A stretch of 64,000 nt of DNA, taken from positions 58,855 through 122,854 of the forward strand of contig JAANOX010000156.1 in NCBI GenBank assembly GCA_020184695.1. Reading direction: 5' to 3'. Both the position numbers and the translations under genes were made by a program. Numbering within the stretch: position 1 is the first letter of the stretch; each line of letters opens with the position of its first letter. The notes beneath the pieces were generated by a model. That model had not been told where the DNA came from, made no database searches, and saw only the letters and a list, made by a program, of their open reading frames with translations. The stretch comes from Histomonas meleagridis 2922-C6/04-290x. Its lineage: Eukaryota; Protista; Parabasalia. Positions 35,667-46,974 of this stretch are shown here, piece by piece.

Positions 35667-36121
35667 ATAAAATTTCTGATTTGATTAAGTAATTTAAAGT
35701 TTTAAGAATAATAATATTTAGTTAATAATAATTCAAGAATTACAAAATTGATTCTTTATATATTCCAATAAATTTGAATTTCTTCTTTTCGATAATGGGT
35801 TATTTTAATATGTTCAAGAAATCAGAGGAAAAAGAGATGAAATTACAAAGCTTTTCTGCAGTTTGTCATTATTTTTTCATGGATGGTAGAAATCATTATT
35901 ATTAAAGTACAAAATTTTATATCAAGAAAGCAGCAGAATAATTATAGAAAAATCAAATCCACATTAAAAAAAGTTAAAGAAAAAGATTTTTACAATAAAA
36001 AATTATTGAAAGTAATCTCGGAAGAACTTTCATTCTTGTAGTTCAAAACTTGAAGTTTTCTTGAAAGTTCAAGTATCTTGAAGTTTAAAACTTCAAGAAT
36101 GAAATTTTTTTCTGTTCAAAA

Positions 36122-36772
36122 TTATTTTGTGAATGTCCTTTTGCTGATTTTTTTCCTAAGCATTGAAAGTTCTTCGGAGATGCTTTTAATCTCATTTCTG
36201 ATGGAATCTGAATCCGAATTTTCTACTAATGATTCATCAAACTGTTCTTCTGAAGTTAATTTCCATTTAGTTTGAGAAATTAATTGTTGTTGTTGCTTAA
36301 GCATAATTGTGCGATCTTGATTATGAAGCCTTTGAAGCCTTATATTACTCTGAATTAATTCATTTACTGACGATAAGAGCTGACCTCGTTTACACTTAAG
36401 TAAGTTAAGTGTATCTTCATAATCTTGAGAGTTTGACTGTATTTCTATCATTGACTCTATAGATTTTTCTATATCTGATTCGTGGACTTTTAGAACTTTT
36501 GCTAAATGTTTCATTCGGACTTCGTATTCATTAATTGATTTTTTATTTTCACGTTTTATTTTGGTGGGCGCTTTATTTGGTACTAAGTTAATGTTGCTGA
36601 TGAGAAAATCACAAAATTTTGATAAACGTTTGGAAATTGATGGTATTTCTTTAATATTTTCTAATATGTCAATACTTTTTTGATCATCAGAAAATATTGT
36701 TTCAATTGTTTGATTTATTTTTGCATCTAAAGTTGATTCAATATAGTTATTTGCTGAGAAAGCAAGATTCAT
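36122..36772 (-). CDS. Hypothetical coiled-coil protein
   Basis: 216-aa ATG ORF rich in E/K/Q/L heptads; divergent from the phosphatase gene. Confidence 0.65.
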   Translation of the reverse strand: MNLAFSANNYIESTLDAKINQTIETIFSDDQKSIDILENIKEIPSISKRLSKFCDFLISNINLVPNKAPTKIKRENKKSINEYEVRMKHLAKVLKVHESDIEKSIESMIEIQSNSQDYEDTLNLLKCKRGQLLSSVNELIQSNIRLQRLHNQDRTIMLKQQQQLISQTKWKLTSEEQFDESLVENSDSDSIRNEIKSISEELSMLRKKISKRTFTK

Positions 36773-36818
36773 TTTTATTTATGATGGAATTGCTTAACGT
36801 ATGTAAAGGCACCCTTTA

Positions 36819-36828
36819 AACCGTTTAT
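36819..36828. promoter_or_regulatory. M3-like motif AACCGTTTAT in a short divergent promoter
   Basis: Between divergent ATGs at 36772 (-) and 36860 (+); fits the M3 consensus on both strands. Confidence 0.55.
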
Positions 36829-36859
36829 TTTCCATACTAAAAAGTGTTAGAAATTGCAA

Positions 36860-37780
36860 ATGGAACAACTTGATCTCGACGCTGTTTTATCTTATCTTCA
36901 AGAAGGAAAACATTTGGACGAAAAGTCCGTAACAATGATCTTAATGAAATTGTTGGAAGTTCTTTATGAAGAGCCAACACTCCTTAATCTTCATTCACCA
37001 ATTACAGTATGTGGAGATATTCACGGTCAACTTTATGATCTTTTTGAACTCTTTGAAACAGGTGGCGATCCGTCAACCACTCAATATCTTTTCCAAGGTG
37101 ATTATGTTGATCGCGGGTATTTCTCACTTGAAACTTACTTATACTTAGCTACACTCAAACTCAAATATCCAAACAACATCTGGCTTTTACGTGGCAATCA
37201 CGAATGTCGGGAAGTCAGCAAACAGTATGGTTTTTATGATGAATGCATGAAAAACTATGGCCATGCCGGTATATGGAATCTTTGTCAAGAAACCTTTGAT
37301 TTATTACCTATGAGTGCCCTTATTAACAAACGTATTTTCTCTACACATGGAGGTCTTTCACCAGATATTGCATTAATTGAGCAAATTCCATTGATTGAAA
37401 GACAGACTGAACTTCTTACAAAAGGTCCCTTCTGTGATCTTGCATGGAGTGATCCCGAGCCTACAATCGAAGGTTGGGGAGTTAACACTCGCGGAGCAGG
37501 GTGGTTATTTGGGAGCACCCCAACTAACGAATTTTGTCATAACAACAAAATTGAATTGGTTACACGAGCCCATCAACTTGTTATGGAGGGTTACCAATAT
37601 AACTTTTCTGAAAAAGTTCTAACCGTTTGGTCTGCCCCGAATTATGGATATGTGTCGAAAAATGTGGCATCGGTTTTGAAGCTTGACCAGAATCTAAACA
37701 GAGATATTAAAATCTTTAAGGAAAGACCTTCTGATAAGAGAAGAAAACCAGATGATTTTGTTCCTCATTACTTCACCTAA
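36860..37780 (+). CDS. PP2A-family Ser/Thr phosphatase catalytic subunit (PP4/PP6-like)
   Basis: GDIHGQ, GDYVDRG, LRGNHE, HGGLSP, RAHQL, SAPNY. First ATG is at 36860. Confidence 0.95.
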   Translation: MEQLDLDAVLSYLQEGKHLDEKSVTMILMKLLEVLYEEPTLLNLHSPITVCGDIHGQLYDLFELFETGGDPSTTQYLFQGDYVDRGYFSLETYLYLATLKLKYPNNIWLLRGNHECREVSKQYGFYDECMKNYGHAGIWNLCQETFDLLPMSALINKRIFSTHGGLSPDIALIEQIPLIERQTELLTKGPFCDLAWSDPEPTIEGWGVNTRGAGWLFGSTPTNEFCHNNKIELVTRAHQLVMEGYQYNFSEKVLTVWSAPNYGYVSKNVASVLKLDQNLNRDIKIFKERPSDKRRKPDDFVPHYFT

Positions 37781-38725
37781 AAAATTCAAATTGAATTCAT
37801 ATTTGTTATGTTATTTTAACATAGATATGTGATTCCTTGATAATTGTAATTCATTTTATAAATTTTATTGGTTAAAATTAATAATAATCGGAATTGCAAT
37901 TAAGAATAATTTTGTTTCTTTTTCTCGGATTTCGTAAGGTTTAATTGCATCTTAACTTGTAAATTCTTCTACATTTAAAGTTTTTTATATATTTTTATAT
38001 TTAAAATCATTGTTACAACTATGTTGAAGATGAATATCAATAGAGAACTGAAATTCCATCAACTCTTATTCTTAAATAATATTATTTAAAAAAAATTGTA
38101 ATGAATATAGCCCCATTAACATGAGAAATAAAAACACTAATATCAAATATTACAACTAAAGTATATTGACTAATGGTTAGCTTGATACAAGAATCAATAT
38201 CAACAGAATTATAACCAACAAAATGTGTACCATGTGTTTTTACAAAATTACATATCATTCAAAAAATTAATATTATGCATAATTGTAATTGATTGTAAAT
38301 TTGAAATATCTCCATTAAATAATGAACTATATATTTTATATAGTTATTGACCTTTTTATATATATTGTCATAATGTTATTTCAATCATACTCCAACATCA
38401 AGAAACTGAACGAGGAAACATATTAAATCATAATATGATCAAAAGCTGAAAACAAAAATTATTCATAAGTAAATTTTCTTGTTTTTCATAAGTAATATTG
38501 ATTAAGATTTATATATATTATTATAATATAATATTCTCATTTATATAAAAAGAAAATCTTCAAAAATTTGATAAAATCTTTTCATGTTACCAACAGCTGC
38601 ATATGAAATTATTTAATTTATTAATAAATTCATTCGTAAAAAGAAAAGTTTGATAAGTTAATGCTTTTTTTACTAAAACATTTTAGTTAACGTTAACTAG
38701 AAAACAAAAGAATTCCAGAAAATGT

Positions 38726-39193
38726 TTAGAAGACTCTGAATTGCTTCTTGTCGGCACCAACTGCACATGGCTTGACAGAAATTACGTTGAAATGAACTGT
38801 CTTTGAAAGTGGACGACATTCACCAATTTGTACGATATCACCTTCCTTAACAATAAAGCATGGGCTGCAATGAGCAGGGATTTTTGTGTGGCGCTTTTCA
38901 AAACGCTTGTATTTACGGATGTATTGAAGATAATCACGACGAACGATAACAGTTCGCTTCATTTTAGTTGAAACAACAATTCCACGCATTACACGTCCGC
39001 GGATTGATACATCGCTTGTGAATGGGCATTTATGGTCGATGTATGTTCCTTCAATAGCAGTTTTTGGAGTTTTAATTCCAAGGCCTATGTTCTTTGTGTA
39101 ACGTGGTTTTTTGTCGGAACCACGGTATTTCTTTGATGCAAGACATATTTGCTTTTGTTTTTGGAAAGCACGCTCGGTTTGAATATCAGACAT
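38726..39193 (-). CDS. RPS11: 40S ribosomal protein S11 (uS17)
   Basis: [53 protein letters not shown]. Confidence 0.97.
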   Translation of the reverse strand: MSDIQTERAFQKQKQICLASKKYRGSDKKPRYTKNIGLGIKTPKTAIEGTYIDHKCPFTSDVSIRGRVMRGIVVSTKMKRTVIVRRDYLQYIRKYKRFEKRHTKIPAHCSPCFIVKEGDIVQIGECRPLSKTVHFNVISVKPCAVGADKKQFRVF

Positions 39194-39394
39194 GAAAGGT
39201 CGACCAAACCGCCCAAACCCCCGTCAGCCGATACGCACAGAGGAACCGTTAAAGTTTGATTTTATTCAATTTTTGCCAAGAAATAACCGTTTTCTAAATT
39301 TCCTTCATGATTGTAAAGCTGATAATTCTGTTGTAATGGTTCTGAAATTACTTTTTGAATCAAATAACTGACTTTTTTTTTCTATAAAAACTAA

Positions 39395-40012
39395 ATGAAG
39401 AAAGTGAAGGCAGTTCTTATAGGAAATTCAGGTGTTGGTAAAACGTCAATATTCCAAAGAGTAGATACTGGCGAATATAGTGATGACCATGTTCTAACTG
39501 TTGGTGGTGCTTACGCAAAAGTTACTAAAACAACAAAAAATGGACAAGAAATTGACATTGGTCTTTGGGATACAGCTGGCCAAGAGCGCTTTCGAAATGT
39601 GATTCCTATGTACTTCCAAAGAGCTTCTTTCATTCTTGTTATCTATGATGTTTCTGACCAAGAATCTTTTGATGCTCTTCCTGGTTGGATAGATATAGCT
39701 AAAGAGAAGGCTCCAGCTGACGCAAAAGTTTTGATTGTTGGGAACAAATGTGATCTTGAAAATACACGCGTAATCGATTTTACACAAGCTCAAAATTTTG
39801 GAATGAAGGTGGGGGCTGTTTTAACGCTCGAAGTTTCAGCAAAAACACAATTTGGGCTTGATGTTTTATTTCAAGAAATAGCTAATCTTAGTGAAGAATC
39901 ATCTGAAAATAAGCAAGAAGTAGAGGAAGATGTGAAACTTGAACCTGCTGATCCCAATGAAAGGAAAAACAAAGGAAATGATAATACTCGTACACGGCAG
40001 CAATGCTGTTGA
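39395..40012 (+). CDS. Rab-family small GTPase
   Basis: GNSGVGKT, WDTAGQERF, NKCD, EVSAK, and C-terminal CC prenylation motif. Confidence 0.95.
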   Translation: MKKVKAVLIGNSGVGKTSIFQRVDTGEYSDDHVLTVGGAYAKVTKTTKNGQEIDIGLWDTAGQERFRNVIPMYFQRASFILVIYDVSDQESFDALPGWIDIAKEKAPADAKVLIVGNKCDLENTRVIDFTQAQNFGMKVGAVLTLEVSAKTQFGLDVLFQEIANLSEESSENKQEVEEDVKLEPADPNERKNKGNDNTRTRQQCC

Positions 40013-40567
40013 ATTAATCTTTCCATGGCTATTACATCAAGTACTTGATACCAAAAACTATCTCTTAAGCTAAACTGTTTAACTAATTTTTGTAGCTTCT
40101 TTTTATAAGATGGAGTTCGTTTGTTATCGTATCTATCGTTATGATTTTACTCAGAAATTCAATAAACATTTGAATTAAATTTGATCGTTTTTGCCAGGTA
40201 AAGTCAAAAAAAAATTGATGCAAAAAATCATTTTCATCATTAACTTCTTCAAAATTAAAAAGATACTGTTTACATAGAAATTATATTTAATGATTACTTT
40301 TAAGTCAATTCTATATTTCAATAACATAAAAATAAATATGATCATAATTAAAAAAATTTTATTAATAAATCGCAATGCAGATTAATATCAGAATTTAATA
40401 ACAATATGTAACATATGACAATATCATTAGACATTTAACATGTTTTGCCTAAAAATTTATAAACGTTAATCGTTGCCAACTAACTTTTTATCTTCATTAG
40501 TACTATCATTTAAGCAATTAACAAAATGTTTTGTTCTTAAGGATAAAGTTGAAATTTGAAAAAAGAT

Positions 40568-41164
40568 TCACCAAACATATCCTCCAAAATTTGGAAATGT
40601 ATTTGTCATTAGACTAGGTTGATAAAACGATGAATAGTCCGTTGAGGTGTTATGAAAATTCAGAACTTTCGTTGGTAATTGATTATTTAACATTTTATCA
40701 TTTGGATTAGGAGGGTCAAAACTAGATATAGGTGGGAGCTTTGGTTTTGATAGTGCGCTCTCTTTGAGTGCTGTGTTTTCTTGAAATCCAAATTCAAGTT
40801 TTGCAATGGGAATCGAATTTTTAGACTTTAATTTGGTCCACCTATTTTTCATGCTGACGTAAGACCTAGAAGGGAAGAAAGTTTTGATTTGAGCCCATTT
40901 TGTTCCAAGTTCATTGACTTTTTGATAAAGAAGTTGATCTTCATCTTCTGTCCATGGATCTTCCTTAATTTCTGGTGAAAGGTAATTTATATATCTTTCT
41001 CTGCATTGCCTTGCTTTTCGATTTGGAATAAATTTGGATATTATTGACCATTTTTGACCGTATTTTGAAACAAGAGAGATTAATAGAGAATCTTCAGCTT
41101 CTGTGAACTTTTGGTGTTCTCCTGGAAAAAGAGGTCGCGTTGTAAGGCCTGGTGCTGGAATCAA
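40568..41164 (-). CDS. R2R3-type Myb protein; no in-frame ATG at the 5' end
   Basis: KFTEAED...W...RQCRERYINY; WTEDEDQLL...KWAQIK...SMKNRW. The ORF opens at TTG, with an in-frame TAG 8 codons upstream. Confidence 0.75.
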   Translation of the reverse strand: MIPAPGLTTRPLFPGEHQKFTEAEDSLLISLVSKYGQKWSIISKFIPNRKARQCRERYINYLSPEIKEDPWTEDEDQLLYQKVNELGTKWAQIKTFFPSRSYVSMKNRWTKLKSKNSIPIAKLEFGFQENTALKESALSKPKLPPISSFDPPNPNDKMLNNQLPTKVLNFHNTSTDYSSFYQPSLMTNTFPNFGGYVW

Positions 41165-41551
41165 AATAATGATAAAATGAAACTTGAACTAACGACTTTT
41201 TCAAAACATAAAATCGGTCATTTTCTATCGGACTCTCTTTTTGAACGATTCGAAATTTATAAATTATTCAATCATTTTAACCTTGAAATTCGGTTGCATA
41301 ACATACAGCACATGAACCAAAAATTAATCAATTAGTTGCATTTGATTTAATTAACTTGCGCTAGGCTTTTTTTCGGCATGGTTAAACTCAAAATTCTTAA
41401 AAAGTTAATATTGAGAGCAACAAACTCCGGTGGGTCATGAACCCGTTCATTAAAAACCTCATATCAGTATTGAAATTTTCAATTGAAGCAAGTCAGAAAA
41501 ATCCATTTTTATGGTAGCTTTTTACACAAAATTTCTACACCGGGTGTTCAC

Positions 41552-42376
41552 ATGAAAATTGTCGAGTTCCGGATTTTCATGCCATTTCAGCTTCCTTGGT
41601 GCCGTGCAGCAGCCAAGTATGCAGTGAATAGGCGAACTACAGAAGAATCTGGGAATGGTGATGGATTTGAAATCATCGAAGCCGGAAATTTTGAGGAAAA
41701 TGGACAAACTGGACGTTACGTGCATCGTGTTCTACATTTTAAAAATCAAATTCCTTTTGCTATTCGATGGGCAATTCCAGAAAAGTATACATCTATTCAT
41801 GAAGATAATCGAAATTGCTTTCCTCACTACAAAGCCAGCTTTAGAATGCCCAACCTTGGCGATGATTTAATTTTTGAAACTGAAACAAAACACTTTGAAT
41901 GCAAAGAAGGAGAAACAATTGAAGAATTTATTAATAATAAATTAGTCAACGTAATGAACTTCAATGAAAAAGAACTAGCCGAGAGACAAATTGTTTATCT
42001 AGACATTTTAGATGGGAAAGAATCCAAAAATAAGGAATTTGATATTCATGGTTTTTCATTTGAAGAAGGTGGAATACCTCCATTTCCAACAAAAAAGTCA
42101 CCAAGTGACCAAACTAAGCCACCTAAGTGGCTTGATGGTTATCACGGACCTCTTGTTTGCATTGTCAAAACAGTTAAATTCCATCTTAAATTCCGCGGAA
42201 TTCAGTCATTTGTTGAAAAGTATGTCACACAGTCTGTGATTCCTCAAACATATCTCGATACCCACCGCTCAATGCTAATATGGATAAACGATTGGTTCCA
42301 TATGACAGAAGAAGATTTAGTAAATCTTGAAAACCGTACAAAAGAATCACTAGCTCAAAACACATACGAAGAATGA
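41552..42376 (+). CDS. Phosphatidylinositol transfer protein (PITP/START-like)
   Basis: MKIVEFRIFMP, GDGFEII, GRYVHRVLH, NCFPHY, KTVKFH...GIQSFVE, HRSMLIWINDWFHMT. First ATG is at 41552. Confidence 0.9.
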   Translation: MKIVEFRIFMPFQLPWCRAAAKYAVNRRTTEESGNGDGFEIIEAGNFEENGQTGRYVHRVLHFKNQIPFAIRWAIPEKYTSIHEDNRNCFPHYKASFRMPNLGDDLIFETETKHFECKEGETIEEFINNKLVNVMNFNEKELAERQIVYLDILDGKESKNKEFDIHGFSFEEGGIPPFPTKKSPSDQTKPPKWLDGYHGPLVCIVKTVKFHLKFRGIQSFVEKYVTQSVIPQTYLDTHRSMLIWINDWFHMTEEDLVNLENRTKESLAQNTYEE

Positions 42377-43172
42377 AGAATCATATAAAATAAAAAAATA
42401 ATTTTATCTTTTTTGAAGATATTTCTTTTTTGAAATATACTCTCAACTGAACCATCTTTGGATCAGAGAGCATTACAGCTTCATGTTTTTGGAAATCCAA
42501 TAAAAGGATGAACCGTATGCGGCTCGATGTTCTCTTACAAATTTTAATATATATAAATATATCCCTACATTATAGTGTAGAGCATTTGAATTGCATATGG
42601 TTCAAAATCAATTTTGTAACTAGAAATTCATTTTTAAGTTTAAAGAATTTTACAATTGACAAAAAGTGGCAGCACAGCCAAACTTCACGTGAAGTGACTT
42701 AACTTTTTCTGTCTTTATCCAGAATTTATTAATTAAGTCTATATTTATAAAATATACAAAAAAAAATGTAGTAAAGAAACAAAATAATGATTAGAAAAAA
42801 TGATATATTATGAAAAACTGAAATTTTGGCACCTCAGCACCCATTCAATTGTAACGAATTTCATTATGTAAATATCAGAACCTGGTTCAACATTAATAAT
42901 TTCATTTTGTTCTATTTCTTTGACATGAATTCAATCCAATTTTTAACATTTTCAGTATTATTTTCACCGATAATTGAATTCATTTGTAGTTTGGGTTTAG
43001 TTCATATGCAATATAAAATAGGATTCCAACAATTAAGAAATTGAAGCCATTTTTAAATTATATGGAAACTTTTTCAATGTGACTTTTTCAATTAATTTTA
43101 AACGTCGACCATGGTCCATCGATCATGGTCATTAATATTAATGCAAAGATATCTTAACAATTCTAACTTATT

Positions 43173-43654
43173 ATGACAATCTATTCTCTTTGTTATTATG
43201 TATTGTTAAGAATTAGTGAATGTTTAAACATTCGAAAAAAGAAATCATCAAAGATGAAGAAGGGAGAATTGTACTTATGATTCCAGTCTCTAAAACTGAT
43301 CAAACTGGAAGAAGAGTTCAAGTTTTTATTGTAAATTCGAATACAAATTATTCACCCTTCCAATGGTTAGAATTATGGTTTTCAACAAACAATTTTAGTT
43401 CAGATGATTTTATCTTCAATATAACAGAGAGATCTGTTCGTTACAACCTAAAATAACAATTAACAAAATTAGGCATTAATGCCACAAATTACAGCACACA
43501 TTCATTTCGGAAAGGTGCTGCACATCAAGCAGCTAAAGCAAAAATAAATGATTGCCAAATAAAGGCGATGGGCCGTTGGCTTTCAAATTGTTACCAAACA
43601 TATCCATCGGTTCTAATTATCGAAGCTAAAACCAATGTAACCCCGTTCATTTAA
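43173..43654 (+). mobile_element. Tyrosine recombinase catalytic-domain relic (DIRS/Crypton/phage-integrase-like)
   Basis: LLRISECL (43203-43226), frameshift in an A-run near 43238, VSKTDQTG, in-frame TAA 43454-43456, then HSFRKGAA, IKAMGRWLS and CYQTY. Confidence 0.85.
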
Positions 43655-46600
43655 TGAACGAATTTGAGTTATTTTTGTTTATATAATTATATTTAAGGTT
43701 AAAATTAATTGAAAAAGTCACATTGAAAAAGTTTCCGAGAATTGTATTATATGTCAATATAAATGCACCTTTTACTTTCTAAAATAATTCGGTATTTTTT
43801 TAATCTCTTCAATCATAATATTCATGTAGTATAAAACTTTCGTGATTGTGACTATTTCTTGACTATCTGATTCTAATATAGTATTTTTGTGTTTGCTAAA
43901 TGATTTTCGAATGCATTGTAATTTGATAAGTATAATTGCGTCTGTTTTTTGAAAAAATGAGAATATAAGGAAATGTAGTTACTGAGGCATTAATCATCAT
44001 ACAATTAATTGTCCAACGTGCCTCTGAATCTTTTGGTATTTTTTGAACAATTTGCTAATATGAGAAACATTATAAGTAAGGAAGATTTAAGCAATTTGAT
44101 AGAAAAATTCAAAAGCATCATTTGAGTAAATTCCACTTTTTGAGCAATTGCCATTCGAATTGTCTCCATTGCTCGGAGCAAGTGATACAATATTATATAT
44201 CATGGAAAACATTTAACTAAAAAGCAAGTTGGTTGTGATGTAATAAAAAAATTAAAAATCAGATATTTGAGAAATACTGTGAAAGCTTGTGGTGTAAGTT
44301 TGTATGGAATATCATTTACAACGATCAATGTAAGAAAATCATACCTAGTTTTTTGTGGGTCATACAAGATATTTGTAAATATTTGTCTGCATTTATGTTT
44401 TTCTATTACATGTTTATTCTCATTAAATCTATTATAACAAATTGAACATTGGTAAAATTTAATGATTTTTGTTTAAACGGACCTGCAAACAAGCAGCCAA
44501 AGTTGTTTAATAAATATTGTTAATTTGGAGCTTGTATCGCAAAAAAATTGAGGAAACGAAATACCCACAACAATTTAATAAATAATTGAAAATTTTTTTA
44601 TGTGATAACACCGAATTATTTTCTAAATTAACGCTCTCGATTTTGATTGGGGTACCTTGTACTCCTTCGACGGTTATTAATTATTTTTCACTATGTGACG
44701 ATCAATAATCGTCAAGTAGCATGTCAAGCTTTTTACAAAGAGCCCGTCGTGATGATTCAGAAATAAACGGTTTTGGTACAATTAAACGCAAAATTAGGAA
44801 TCAAAGATTATAGAATAAATACTATGGGTTGCTGGATGAACTCAGAATATCAAATACAGCTGTTACGATATTTTTATAGCTGCTGGTCAGTCCATCACCA
44901 AAAAAAATTCAAACATAAACTCATTTATTGCTCATTTCCTTATAATTTTTTTTATGTCGACATAAAGAAATATGTTATTGACAATTTCAACTTTTTGAAT
45001 TGGGCAACAAATAAGATCTAACTCATTAATGAATCACTTATTAGTAATTCATGTAGAAAATTAATTTGTAACACATCTTGAGTATAGGAATAATTTGATG
45101 ATTTATCATACATTGTGGCCTATGAATGGTCTAAGCTTCAGTTGTCCACGTGGTTTTCAACCATTCTTAACCTACCAAAAAGATCCCCTGGAGGTTCATT
45201 GATTAACTGAAACGCAACATTTAATTTTGAATGAATCTTCCCTCAACTGTAGTTTTAATTGAAGCATTATTTGGTTCAATGAAGTTATATAAATCGATCA
45301 AAAAGATGAGTTGCACTGGATACAACGTTATATTATAAATGGAAGTTATTTGTATGCAAATTCGCCAAAAATTCAGCTGTTGCATTCAATTTGATGTATA
45401 GCAATATTTAATACATCAATTCACTTTACCTAAATAATTTTTGATGGTATTAATCGTATTTCAGCTTTTTCTGGTGAAAACTTTTAACTTTGTGAATCTA
45501 ATTTACTGAGTACATTCAAACACACTCAAGACTATTTGATAGACTATACTGTCATACCGCTGCCTCTATACATTAAAAAATAAATATCGCTTATTATTTA
45601 CTGTACTGTCTATTAAAATATTTTGCTTTTGTTAAAGAAAAATGAAATAAAATCGAATATTCAAATAATTTTATTTTTAAATATTTTTAAATTCTCCTTC
45701 TGGAGGACAAAAAAATGGCCACTTTTTGCTCTATATTTACTATTTGCCAAAATCAAGATGAAGAGGTGTATAAAAATTAATGTTTCTATCTGTTAACGTA
45801 TAACTAAATTGACGGCTGACACCTGCTTTATTTAAATGAAATGAAAATGCTAACATAGCTTTCTGGTTCATTTGTTACTTGACCATATAAATGATGCAAT
45901 AGGAACAATAGACATATTTTCTTTAGAGTTTTGAATTTTCTGGTGGTAAGTATTCTTCTAGAATTATGACAGTTTTCCTAATTTAAATAAGGATTTAGAA
46001 AAGGTGCAACCATTAAAATATTCAAATAATTGTATCTTTTATATTTATCTAATTTTCTCAAAATACTATTTCTAAAAAATGAAGCAACTTCCCATTAATT
46101 ATTAAATTGTTTTGATATATTGTAAAGCTTTCTTCGAGTTCTATCATAATGAAAGCCTTCGCTAAGGAGATTTTGTTTATTTGAAAAAATTACAATAAAA
46201 TTATACTTCAAAAGTTGATAATTCGATCAAATTATATTCAATTCACAATATTTTGCAAAAGAAATAAATGCTTTAAATGGTTCTATCTGTAGATTTTTTT
46301 TTATTTTTAAATAATAGTCATATTATGTATACCATATAGAAATATTGGCACTGAAATGTCAAACTCACTGCTCAATCTTTCTATCAATTGCTCTCTTTAT
46401 CAGCAATCTTTCCTGGGTTAAGCTTTTGATTTTTTTCTCATTTTAATATATTAATTAATTACACACAATATTCTCAAGTAAGCCTCTAATAATATTTAAA
46501 AAACTTGAAAGCACGACGAAATTTGTCAAAATTAAAAATGAAAAAAGTGAGATTAAAAAGTCTTCAAATCTTAACATAGTTCAAATTACAGATTCATTCT

Positions 46601-46974
46601 AGATGACATTGCTGTTCATCATCATCCAAACAACTTTTTGCGGAGTTTTTGATCGTTTTAAAAGTGAATAAATTTTAAAAAGGTGATTTTTAAAGTTAAC
46701 ATAGTTCAAATTAAATTTCTAATGTTTCACAAGTGAAGAGTGAATATTCTAAAAGCTCTACAAGCTCAATTATCTCGAATATTCAATTTTCAAATTTCAT
46801 CAATTTTTCCGATTATCATTTACATACAAAACAGACGAATAAAAGCTGGTATCTTTTAAGCTCCTCTTCCTCTTGTAAGGAACTATTACCTTAAATTGTG
46901 TTTTTTGTTTAGATTTGCTTCTTGTTACAAATTTATATCAAACAAAGATAGTCAATTCTCTGGTTCGAAGTTTA

